From Podarcis liolepis (Eukaryota), in the NCBI GenBank assembly GCA_965112155.1, contig OZ218101.1: a stretch of 64,000 nt of DNA; one strand, written 5' to 3'. Below, in pieces: positions 10,289 to 21,148 of this stretch. Positions within the stretch are counted from its first letter, which is position 1; every line of letters begins with the position of its first letter. The position numbers and the translations under genes are program-made. Under the pieces are notes generated by a model. That model did not search any database and was not told where the DNA came from. It saw only the letters and a program-made list of their open reading frames with translations.

Positions 10289-11400
10289 GTTGGTCTTAAC
10301 CTTTTCTCCTTCATGTTTCATTTTTCTAACTGTGAAGGGCGCTCATTTTTCAGGCAGGAGAGAAGTAATAGGGAAGTATAAAAAGGTGCATGATGTCTAC
10401 ACAGGTCATTTTTTCAGCCAGAACTCAGTTCTGGCACCTCTCAGGTGGGTGCCATTGCTAATCTAAGCGAACAAGTGAGGCATTCATGGTGTGTTCCAGC
10501 ACCTTTCCCCCCAGAAAAATAGCACTAATTAAACTGGTAGTGTATCTTACCTAAACATCTAACATCAGATTGAGGAATCCTTGCTGTTGCAGATGATACT
10601 GTCTCATATTTAAACCATGTTCCTTTCTTTAGAAGCAACCACCTACTTACAAATTTACAAATTATCTGCTTTAATATGTTGTGTTAAAACTGAAACCATT
10701 ATACTTTCAGGGGCTGAGGTTAATGGGTTGGTTCCCACAACACTAAACTCATGGTTTTAGCACAGGACTAGGGAACCTACAGCCCTCCAGATGTTTCTGG
10801 ACTACAATTCCCAGCCATGCTGACTGATGGAGTTGGAGTCCCACAGCATCTGGAGAGCCACAGGTTCCCCACCTGTGGTTCTTAGCACTACACAGATGAG
10901 TTTTTTGAGCCTGAACAAATTGTCAGGCTTCCTCTGCTCTTCTGTCTCTTCCCACACAACTGGGAGGAAGCCAAGGTTACTTTCATTTCAAAGAATCTTA
11001 TCTTACTGATTGTGAGCCAGGAATTCTGGATTGAAACAAACTAAGCTTGCTTTAAACAAGACAACTTCTTAACCAGTTGTTTGAAACGGGTTTGTTTTGC
11101 AAGTAACTATTGTTTGTTTTATAATGGGATGCTTGTTGCATGTAATACTTGAAAGTCGTCTTAACAGAAGCCCTACTTGTGGGAGTAGGAAACAGCCTGC
11201 TCAATCTTGCTGATTCTGAGCTGCATAGGAAAGGCAGCTGTTTGCTAATGTAATTTGTCCAATTTTTGTATTATGAATTAGCCCCACAAAAACGCATTGG
11301 TGTTGCATAATGTGTTCTCTTGCTTAAGCATAATTTGTCTCTAATTTTTGTGTTCTCAAAATGGAAACTGAAATATTTTAAAAAGCAAACAATTATTTTC

Positions 11401-11661
11401 CTTACCACTGCGTTATCAGGAGTATGCAGGTGGTGACTATTTTGCCCATGTCCAATTGACGCATGGGTCCTTTTGGACTCGGAAGAGGGCGGAACAGCCT
11501 TAGGCATGCTCCCCTGGTGCATGCGAGGGCCAGGAATGGAACCTTTGCACAAAATGGATGCCACCTGTATTGCCCAGTGGCTCTTTGCTTTATGGCACAA
11601 AGAAGTTGCAATGCTTTTTATGTGTTGAAGTTCTATGAAATCCGTGGTGAGAGATCACCAT
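11401..11661 (+). other. Predicted multibranch structured RNA domain, intron 12
   Basis: Hand-identified nested helices and GNRA hairpin; see findings. Confidence 0.65.
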
Positions 11662-12116
11662 AATATTTAGTTTTTCATTGTGAGCGTACCTTATAAGCCA
11701 CCAATTTGTGTTCTGTTGCTTACATAGAACATATGGCAATTCCCCGAAGGCCTTCTTTTATTATACAATGTGGGCAAGAAACAATCTATTATCTGAGATA
11801 ATGGGCCAATTCAAATGTAATAAGATGTCTGAATCCCTTTGTAAATATTAGGGAGTTTATTTTAGAAGGAGAATAGATAAATGACTTAAACTCTAACCGT
11901 CTACAATATCCAGAGTTTTATTTAAGTTAAATAACTATTTGTATGATTTCTACAACTTGACAATCGGCAGGTTATATTTTAGGAGCAGGGAAAGTTTTTC
12001 ACATGGTGGTTCTCGCAGTTGAGATTCTGATGTTAAAAGTAAATTTGGTTTTAATGAGAAAACACTTTTACAGTACATCAGTGCCTGATGAATATCTCAA
12101 TTTGTATTTTGCATAG

Positions 12117-12191
12117 AAAGTAGAAAAGAATTATGCTTTTGAGATACCAGATGTTCCTGCAAAATCTGACTACTTAGAAGTTAGATACTCG
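12117..12191 (+). CDS. POLA1: POLA1 exon 13
   Basis: gcatag|AAA...TCG|gtgagt; 75 nt; KVEKNYAFEIPDVPAKSDYLEVRYS. Confidence 0.96.
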
Positions 12192-12641
12192 GTGAGTAAA
12201 TAGTTCTATGTTGTCTCTCTGAAAGTGACACTCACACTGAGGTTTGCATATCTTTTCAGTGCACATGATTTTTTTAAAAGAAAGATTATGAAACCTAAAC
12301 TCTGATGCTTAATAGAGTTTTTAAAATGGTGTGACTATTGCTCAACTTGCGCTACCTTTAGCCAATGAATATTTCCCAAACTCCTACAGTAAGTAAAGAG
12401 GAGCTAGATTTTCTAGTTAACTGCTTTGAGGGAGCATGGGCATGGTGGTCAAGCTTATTGCTTGCCTTACTGTTGCTCTGAAAACTCAGTACTTCAAGCA
12501 ATGCATGTTTGGACTGATTTGAAAGCATTTTTAAAGTCCGTGGTTTAATACATATATATCATTTCCCCTTGGTGAACACTAGAATGTACTTCCTCCTGTG
12601 TGCTGGAGGCAGCCTGATTTAATGTCTACTATGTCCTGAAA

Positions 12642-12829
12642 TACCTTGATGTTGGGAAAGATTGAGGGCACAAGGAGAAGGGGATGACAGAGGACGAGAT
12701 GGTTGGACAGTGTTCTCGAAGCTACCAGCATGAGTTTGACCAAACTGTGGGAGGCAGTGGAAGACAGGAGTGCCTGGCGTGCTCTGGTCCATGGGGTCCC
12801 GAAGAGTCGGAAACGGCTAAACAACAAAA
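12642..12829 (+). mobile_element. Bov-B/RTE LINE 3' fragment
   Basis: TLMLGKIEG...-like RTE C-terminus, CAA-type tail, 11-bp TSD ATGTCCTGAAA (12631-641, 12830-840); similar to 47351-47776. Confidence 0.85.
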
Positions 12830-13035
12830 ATGTCCTGAAACTAGGATGGTTAGGCGATTTCTGTGACAGGTTCAATGCAGCACAAGTGGGCATTCCCACA
12901 CGCAATGGAGTTTTTTCTTCCTGCAACCTCTGATGTGCCTGCCATGTTTTCCTCAGAGGGTTGGTGGAGCCTCAAGCTGAGCAGGTTCAGGTGTATGAAA
13001 GAGTTCCCTGCAAGGAACTCTCTTGTACAGCCAGA

Positions 13036-13330
13036 CTAAGCAGGATTCCCCCCCCCCCTTCCATCAGGTGATGCGTGGGGAGGGCAATCCTGCTTAGCGC
13101 TTACTATTGACAAGCCGCCTGTGCTGCCTCCTTCAGCTTCTGAAATCGGAGGCTGAAAGGAGCAGCAGCATGAAGTGACCTCAAAGAGCAGCACTGGGCG
13201 GGAAAAGGCCCTTCCACTGATTGGGAACCATTTCTGCTTCCATGAGCAAGGTGAACAACTGCTGCTCATCAGCCGATGGGTGGGAAAGAGTGCGGTTTCC
13301 TCCAGCTAACGAAAAACAGAAGCCCATTTT
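13036..13330 (+). other. Predicted multibranch structured RNA domain, intron 13
   Basis: Hand-identified nested helices including a perfect 12-bp stem; see findings. Confidence 0.7.
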
Positions 13331-13450
13331 AAGCTCTCAGTTGTTCCTTTGAAGCCTCACCATTACCCACATATCTGTTTTTACAAGTTAGGATATTTAG
13401 GAAGACTTGCAACACATAGTAACGGTTCGTTGAAATGCTTCCATTCTCAG

Positions 13451-13589
13451 GCTGAATACGGTCGGCTTCCTCAAGACCTGAAAGGAGAGACATTTTCTCA
13501 TGTGTTTGGAACTAACACTTCTAGTCTTGAACTATTCTTGATGGGCAGGAAGATTAAAGGACCAAGCTGGCTGGAAATAAAAGACCCAC
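13451..13589 (+). CDS. POLA1: POLA1 exon 14
   Basis: ttctcag|GCT...CCAC|gtatga; 139 nt; [46 protein letters not shown]. Confidence 0.96.
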
Positions 13590-14492
13590 GTATGAATATT
13601 ACATGTGGAATATGTTATGGATCCCTTGTATGCATGCACAAATGGAGTGGAGTTGTTCAGAGCAGTGCTTAGCTTGTTTAATGGTTGCCAACTTGAAAAG
13701 GGAAATATTACGAAAATGGTTTTTTTAGAATTTGTCAATTTTCAAAGTGAAGAATGCTCCTTCAGGCAGTCATCATCTTGTAAAACTAATTTTATTTTTA
13801 ATCTTACTACTTTAGACTTGGTTAAATCTATACTAGGTTAAATCTACTCGTGTTCCCCAAATGGCACCTGTTGTTCTGTCGTAATGTAGCTGTTGTGTAT
13901 GTGATAGCTTAATATAAAGGTATGGCCAACTTAAAATGGCTCAGGTCCTAGTCCAAGTAAAATAAGTTGTGACTGAGCTGCTATGGACTGATTTGCACAT
14001 AATGCTTAATCATGAATTAGCGCTACGTGGACTATCATGAACAAGCCTGTGTGCAATGTTGGACTCTCACGTCCCCACCCCGCCCCTGGCCATCTGGGAA
14101 GAGGGTTAAAATAAACTGTTTTCTTTCAGTGATGGTAAGGCTGCACTCCTCTACCTGGAAGTACATCCTATTGAACTCAACGAGGCTTTTAAGGAGATTG
14201 TGCCGTCAGTCAAAACGTTATCTGGCTTAGAGTCTAAGCGTGCGTGTAGCAAGGAGAATAGGGTTAGGATTAGGGTTGCTTCTGGGTTTAACATGCTTTG
14301 ATTAGTGTGTTTCATTTCAGGTAGTAAGACCAAGACCTAGGGGAAATGTAGAATGAAAAATATTTGTTATACCTGTATTATGCTATGCTTAATCTTTAGT
14401 GTTGAAATGTTCAATTTGTTGAGAAAAAGTTATAAGTGTAACTATTGTTTAAATATTGGGTATACTTATGTGCATGTTCTGTGTTACCTCAG

Positions 14493-14647
14493 AGCTCTTG
14501 AACCAGCCAGTCAGTTGGTGTAAGGTAGAATTAGTGGCCCAGAAGCCTGACTTGGTGAATGTGGTGAAAGATCTCCCTCCACCGCCTCTTGTGATCATGT
14601 CTCTCAGTATGAAGACAGTTCAGAACACAAAGAGTCATCAGAATGAG
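14493..14647 (+). CDS. POLA1: POLA1 exon 15
   Basis: cctcag|AGCTC...GAG|gtgagt; 155 nt; [13 protein letters not shown]...[12 protein letters not shown]. Confidence 0.96.
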
Positions 14648-15180
14648 GTGAGTCATGAACTTTATTATGTACAGGGGGAAACTCCACAATTAAACTAACT
14701 AAGGCTTCACAATAGCTATGTGAGCTATTGATTTCAAATCCTATGGATCTGGAAGCATACTTCTGCTAGTGGACTTCAGAATGTGGAGTGAATTGCCCCA
14801 ACCTGCTTGCAGCATAAAACCTGGAGATCTTGCCAGAACTGTAAATGCCCCAAAATTTGTTCTTATAATGTCTCTCCCTCCCCCCCCTGTAGTTTTACAA
14901 TAATAATGTGACATGTGATCCAGGCTATTGACAAACTGCTGATGTAGGAGTTTGTTGCCTCTTTTCATTAGTATGAGTTATTCATGTGTTTATCAGACAA
15001 GAAAGGGATTATAGCCCTATTAAAACTAGTCAAGTACTAAATAGAGACATACGGTTTGATTTGCTAAACCGCTTACTAAATATGTGCTTCATTTAACATA
15101 TGGACGACACCTTGTTTAAAAAGGTTCACTAAATTCATTAGTGTCATTTTCATTCTCTTTTTAAACTTTTGTCTGTGCAG

Positions 15181-15265
15181 ATTATGGCTATTACATCTTT
15201 AGTGCATCACAAATTTTGTGTGGACAAAGCACCACCCGTACCTCCCTTTCAAACTCACTTCAGCG
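15181..15265 (+). CDS. POLA1: POLA1 exon 16
   Basis: gtgcag|ATT...AGCG|gtaagt; 85 nt; [28 protein letters not shown]. Confidence 0.95.
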
Positions 15266-15342
15266 GTAAGTATAAGTAGAACCTCTTTGCGTTTAATTAT
15301 TTTCTCCCACTTACCACATTGACAGCACAAATGAAAGCTTGA

Positions 15343-15393
15343 ATGTGACTTGGCAGAACATGTGACTTGGCAGAACATGTGACTTGGCAGAAC
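15343..15393. repeat. Tandem repeat 3 x 17 bp (ATGTGACTTGGCAGAAC)
   Basis: Three identical units seen directly. Confidence 0.9.
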
Positions 15394-15519
15394 ATTGCTT
15401 CAACCTTGGAAAGCCACTGTCAGTCAGTGCAGGCAATATTGAACTAGTTGGATCAATTGTCTAACATTGCATGAGGCAGTCTCCTATGTTCCTATGTCAT
15501 TCTGCAGTGAAGAGTTTTA

Positions 15520-15743
15520 CAGTTGTACCTTGGTTGGTGAATGGAATACGTTCCGGAAGTCCGTTTGACAACCAAGGCGCGGCTTCCGGTTGGCTGCAGG
15601 AGCTTCCTGCACTCAATTGGAAGCCGTGTCAGACATTCAGCTTCCCAAAAAGTTCACAAACCGGAACACTCACTTCTGGGTTTGCGGCATTTGGGTGCCA
15701 AAATGGACGAGTGCCAAGGCGTTCGACAACCAAGGTACGACTG
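15520..15743. mobile_element. Tc1/mariner MITE
   Basis: TA|CAGTTGTACCTTGGTTG ... CAACCAAGGTACGACTG|TA; related to 34111-34360. Confidence 0.85.
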
Positions 15744-16041
15744 TAGTTTGATATGAGAGCATTTCTACATTTCCACATGTCACAGAAATCTAGGAAGACA
15801 ACTAAATTAAGTAGCATTGTAGTCATCAAGGTTTGAAAACAATTTTTGTTTTTCAAAATGGTGTCTGTCCTAATTTCCCTGCCCTATGGAAAGCTTCTGT
15901 ATATTTGAACAACATTTGTTGCAAGCCATACATTGTTTTCATGATAAATATTGTTCTAGCCAAAGCACTTACAGCACATAAAGCCATTTAGCTAAGCTCC
16001 ATATTGTATATTTCCTATTGACCTGGTTGTTTCCTTTGCAG

Positions 16042-16103
16042 TTATTTCCAAACCAAATGATTGCATTTTTCCATATGACTTCAAAGAAGTAGTTAAGAAG
16101 AAG
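16042..16103 (+). CDS. POLA1: POLA1 exon 17
   Basis: tttgcag|TTATT...AAG|gtaact; 62 nt; VISKPNDCIFPYDFKEVVKKK. Confidence 0.95.
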
Positions 16104-16586
16104 GTAACTTTGTGTTTCTTGTACATTGGCTTGCGTTCTGTAGTCTCCATCTTTGGAAACGCTTTGAACATGCACAAAGCTTTCATGCACTTTGGCCTGG
16201 TTTGGAAGTAATCTTATCTTGGCTAGCCAAGATATGTACGAGCTTTGTGCCTGAGCTCCTTGACTTTGCACCATATTTTCCTCCCCCAGTATCTATGATT
16301 GAACATATCCTGGGTTAATCATAATCTTCGGTGACGACCCAAGTGGAAAAGTATGGCTACCAAGTTGGGAACAAACAGAATCTGTAGCCATGATTTGAAA
16401 TTGCATTAAAATTCTAGGTTATTCCAAATTTGATAACTTTAGTTTCATACTGAAGTTTCATACAGATGTAACAAGAAATTTTGGTTAATTAACACAGAAA
16501 TATTTAAAACATGGCTGACTGAGGAGGAATAAGTTATTATGAGGACAAAGCTTTCAGATACAAGTGTTGAGCATATTTCAGCTTAA

Positions 16587-16784
16587 TTATTTAAAAAAAT
16601 ATATACTTTATTAATTAAAATTTTCCATACTTGGTACAGATACAACATCCAGTATTGCAAACTCTCACAACTGAGACACAATGCATAATGTAAAGTAAAA
16701 TAAAGCAGGCATAGGCTATGTTATAATCAAACCAGTGATCAGAAATGCTTAGGAATTACATCCACAAGGGTCCTTGCAGAATTG
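16587..16784 (-). mobile_element. Short retroposed insertion (probably a LINE 3' end)
   Basis: 18-bp direct repeat GAGCATATTTCAGCTTAA at 16569-586 and 16785-802, AT-rich left end. Confidence 0.6.
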
Positions 16785-17227
16785 GAGCATATTTCAGCTT
16801 AAACTGAGAGATGTTATGAAATAATAGTAATATTATTTATTTCATGTCTTACTGACCGTTCACCGCAAACTCCTTAAAGCCATTTAAAAATACAATTTTA
16901 ATAACAATTTAAACAGTAAAAACAATTTGCCTCCAAATTGCATCGTAATGGATTAAGGAAAATGTGTAGGAAAAAAATACTATCAGCTTCTCACTAATTT
17001 AGCTTTCCTTTTCTATTGTAGTGGGCCGGGAAGGGTTTCTGTATAATCTTTGTATAGTATATAAAGATTTCCAATAAGTTTAAAGAATAATAACAATTCT
17101 AAAACTTTGTTATTTGTGCTTAAATGTTCTTGGTTTCATTTAAACATGCATAATTAAGCATAGGATTGATGTGCAAAACTTTTAATTTTTTGAACATTTG
17201 GATTATTTAAATTTTGTGTTTATTTAG

Positions 17228-17317
17228 AATGCTAAAATAGAGATTGCCACAACAGAGAGGACACTACTGGGATTTTTTCTGGCAAAGGTTCATAAAATTG
17301 ATCCAGATGTTATTGTC
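17228..17317 (+). CDS. POLA1: POLA1 exon 18
   Basis: tatttag|AAT...GTC|gtaagt; 90 nt; [30 protein letters not shown]. Confidence 0.96.
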
Positions 17318-17963
17318 GTAAGTGGCTTTTTATATCTGCTTCTGAGATCCTTTTACACATTATTTTTTGCTACGTTACTTTAAGGTGATGGAATGTTGAT
17401 TAATATTTTAACATAATGTGTTACTAATGGAGACTTACAGCAATGGAGGACTCCAGTGGGGTGGCTGGGAAAGATTTTTAGATGGGGTATTGGCAAATGG
17501 CACTGTTTTGACCAAATGAGAAGAGATTTTTAGAAATGAAAGGAAGACTAGGCAACGTTAGTTAGTTAGTTAAGAGTTGTGGTCTCTTGAGGGTTATCTG
17601 CTGGGAGCTCTGTGTTGGTGGTGGATAGAGCCAGAGTAATCTGGAATATTGACTGTCTTGCTTCAGTTTCCCCCATAGCTACCTCAGTTCCTAATCTGGT
17701 TCAGGGCTATTTAGAGGTAGAGCACAGTTTGGTTACTTTCAAATAAGTATATAGACCAATACAGCTACTAAATGTGGGAAGCAGTTGGAAGTAATTTCTT
17801 TCTAACTTTACTGTGTTTTCTCCCTCCCTCCCTTCCCCTTTCCCTATGGCAGCCTATTTTATCTCAGATAATTGGGAGAAATTGTACACTTTCAAGACGT
17901 GTCAGGGCACCGCATGTTGCTCACCTCTGAATGATAGAAAGTAAGAGGCAGAGAGTGCTGATG

Positions 17964-17964
<1 letters not shown>

Positions 17965-18011
<47 letters not shown>

Positions 18012-18435
18012 TTTATTCATATCCCGCCCTCCCCAACCGAAGCTGGGCTCAGGGCGGCTAACAACAATAAAATAGCACAACATTCTAAAAACATTTCATT
18101 ATAAAAATTAATTAAAATCAAATTGATGGCAACCATTAAGCTAAAGTTCTGTGAAGATTGCCAGAGGAGGGAGTCAGGCTGTGCCCTGACCAAAGGCCTG
18201 GTGGAACAGCTCTGTCTTACAGGCCCTGCGGAAAGATGTCATGTCCTGCAGGGCCCTTGTCTCTTGTGACAGAGCATTCCACCAGATTGGAGCCGCAGCC
18301 GAAAAAGCCCTGGCTCTAGTTGAGGCCAGCCTAACCTCTCTGTGGACTGGGACCTTCAGGATGTTTTTGTTTGAAGACCATAAGTTCCTCTGTGGGACAT
18401 ACTAGGAGAGGCGGTCCCGTAGGTACGAGGGTCTT
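17965..18435 (-). mobile_element. L2-like LINE 3' end with (TAA)n microsatellite tail
   Basis: (TAA)n at 17965-18009 followed by a typical squamate L2 3' region in reverse; explains the poly-Y ORF. Confidence 0.7.
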
Positions 18436-18727
18436 AATGATGATGCTATGTCTGAAGGAAAAGGACAGAGTAGACAGGACCTGCGTAGCAGAAACCTAGG
18501 AATGATAGGTAGTGGAGTTGAGGACAGACCTAGTGAGAGTGGAGTTGGTGACATGTGAATGTCTTTTGTGTTGCTTCATTCACATGAGCATTAATAATGT
18601 GATACATCAGAGGAAGGACTTCAAATAGTATGGACCCTTGCCATCTCTGTTGTTTTAAGCTGAATACACAAGAGTAGGTATATACTGTATAACTGCTTGT
18701 TTTTGTTTCCTTTTCTTTCTTTTTAAG

Positions 18728-18844
18728 GGACACAATATTTATGGGTTTGATCTGGAACTTCTTCTCCAGAGAATTAACTTCTGCAAAGTTCCACATTGGT
18801 CTAAGATAGGTCGACTGAGGAGATCAAACATGCCAAAGCTTGGG
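18728..18844 (+). CDS. POLA1: POLA1 exon 19
   Basis: ttttaag|GGA...GGG|gtaaaa; 117 nt; [39 protein letters not shown]. Confidence 0.96.
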
Positions 18845-19638
18845 GTAAAATGTTGCTTATGTTGCATTGCTGTATTGAATGTGATTAAAAATGAATTATT
18901 TTAGTTGCTGTACTTTGAATGTCTTGCTTGATTGTTTTGACTATAGTCATGTATCATGACAACATTCCAATTTAGATTTTGGTAATGTTGTTAAGAGTCG
19001 TATTTCAGCCATGAGACAAAGCTAAGCAAATTTAGTTTACTTGTCTCAACTAGATGGAGTTATTGACAGATTAATGACTAACAGAGGTGCTTTTGTGTAT
19101 GGTAAATTGTGGGGGAAATGTATGTTGGCTTGACTGGCAAATCATTCCTTTGAGAATAGTTAAGGTTTTCTAGTTCTGCTGTATAAAGCTCTCTACATGT
19201 GGCATAGTTAATTGCTATCTACTCAGAAAGGATTTTACTCAGACTACCCCCCCCTTTCACATTGCTACAACATACTCTAGTACTGTGCTGGTAAAGAAAC
19301 TAACCAGCTCGCTTTTTTCTATAGTTATTGTTTAGGTATTTTAATGCATCTGCATGATGATTGCACTATACCATTAATCTTGGCAAAACCAAATTCTTGT
19401 GGTATTGACACTGTTCAGTGGTATATGTGCCAACAATGTGTGCATATTCTTATACATGTATACATGCGCAGGTGTGCTGTCCCACACACATTATAAGGAA
19501 TATATATCTCTATTTAACAAGTGCCATTTATTTCCCCAATGTGTTTTGTTTTCACAATATGGAAAATGTTTTTTGACTTGTGGCACCCTATTGAATGAAA
19601 GCCTTCTGTTTTCCTTTATCCTGTTACTTTGTGATTTT

Positions 19639-19720
19639 TGATTTATGCCCTGATTTATGCCCTGGTCTTGATGATGCCCTGATTTACATCCTGGTCTTGA
19701 TGATGCCCTGGCATTCTTGA
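19639..19720. repeat. Short imperfect minisatellite (TGATTTATGCCC / TGGTCTTGATGATGCCC units)
   Basis: Alternating 12- and 17-bp units seen directly. Confidence 0.75.
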
Positions 19721-20070
19721 ACTTTTTTTTAAGAACAGAAAAACTTCTCATTCAAAATAAGATAGGTAAAGAGCCAACACTGGTGTGGCTTAGATAGGGG
19801 AAAAAAATTCTCTTGTGTTAATGAAGCAGAGACCTATAAAGTCAGAACTATGAATTTGTTAGTTGTAAGTCCCCTCATTGGACGAGCTTTTCTCTCGTGT
19901 TTGCGACGATTAAAGTCCTTTGCAACCATTACAAGGTTGTTGAGGTGCATCTGCACACAGGAGAGAAGCGACTTCTGTGTGATGTAAAAACTGTGTTATA
20001 ATTAGTCCACAACAGAAATATAGCAATGATACAAAATCTGAAGATGTATTTTTCTTTCATGGCAATTAAG

Positions 20071-20246
20071 GGTCGTAGTGGATTTGCTGAAAAGAATGCA
20101 ACTTGTGGCAGAATGATTTGTGATGTAGAAATTTCAGCAAAGGAGCTGATTCGTTGCAAAAGTTACCATTTGTCAGAGCTTGTGGGTCAAATTTTGAAAA
20201 TGGAAAGAGTGGCGATTCCATCTGAAGAGTTACGAAATATGTACAG
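20071..20246 (+). CDS. POLA1: POLA1 exon 20
   Basis: aattaag|GGT...TACAG|gtaggc; 176 nt; [38 protein letters not shown]... Confidence 0.96.
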
Positions 20247-20289
20247 GTAGGCTACTAAATACATTTCTTGTTATAGCAATCCCATTAGC

Positions 20290-20560
20290 AATAAGAACAT
20301 CAGAGCCTACTAGATCAGTTCATCTTGTCCAGCATCCTTTTCTCACAGTGGCCAAGCAGATTGCCTGTTGGAAACACATAAGTAGGATATAAGCCCAAGA
20401 GCACTCTCTCCTGTGGTTTCCAACAACTGGTATTCAGGATAATTATTGCCTCCCAACTGTGGAGCCAGAGCATAGCTTTAATGGCTGGTGGTCATTGATA
20501 ACCCTCTGCTCCATGTATTTTTCTAATCCTCTTTTAAAGCCATCTAGGTTGGTGGCCTAG
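20290..20560 (-). mobile_element. CR1 LINE 3' UTR fragment
   Basis: Starts ATAAGAACAT (reverse of the CR1 tail) followed by the typical TCCAGCATCC...CTCACAGTGGCCAA block. Confidence 0.6.
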
Positions 20561-21016
20561 CTAAAACAGTGGTGGAATTTATTCACTTATAGAATAGAGA
20601 CAGGGAATTAAACACTGCCCTGGGAACTACAGATCATTTATTGGCTAGGAGTCCATCATCTATAACCCCACAGCAGTTTTCATACAACTATGAAACCAAT
20701 ATGAATAAAATGCTTGAGGTAAAACATCATCAATAAAATAAAAACAACAGTAGATACAATGATACAAGTATTGACTAGTGACTAACAGCAGTCCAGTTTT
20801 GGCTTCCAAAAGCACAAGAAAACAGATAAATAAAACCATATAGCAGAAGCCCATCTGTGTTGTGGTCATCCATGGGAGTTCCATAACTAGGGTGCCATTA
20901 CAGAGAAGTCTCTGCTCATAGTCCCCATCAGATAAGCTACATTTTTCAGTAGGACTGCAAGTAGGAACCCCCTCCACAACTTTAAGGCACAGAGTTGTGG
21001 GCATGGGAAGAGACAC

Positions 21017-21148
21017 TTGGTTTCTAGACCCTTTATCATCTTGGTTGCCCTCTGCACACATTCCAGCTTGTCAATATCCTTGTTAAAGTGTGGTTCCCAG
21101 AACTGTATTCCAGGTGTGGTCTGACCAAGGCAGAATAGAGCGGGACTC
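21017..21148 (-). mobile_element. CR1 ORF2 fragment
   Basis: Minus-strand peptide QFWEPHFNKDIDKLECVQRATKMIKGLE, characteristic of the CR1 RT C-terminal region. Confidence 0.8.

Noticed and set aside
14258-14278. Telomere-like TAGGGTTAGGATTAGGGTT
   Set aside because: Only three degenerate units, too short to call an interstitial telomeric site.
15343-15393. CRISPR-like direct repeats
   Set aside because: No spacers, eukaryotic context; a simple tandem duplication.
19639-19720. C/D snoRNA suggested by TGATGA and CTGA motifs
   Set aside because: The motifs are units of a short tandem repeat; no terminal stem or guide.
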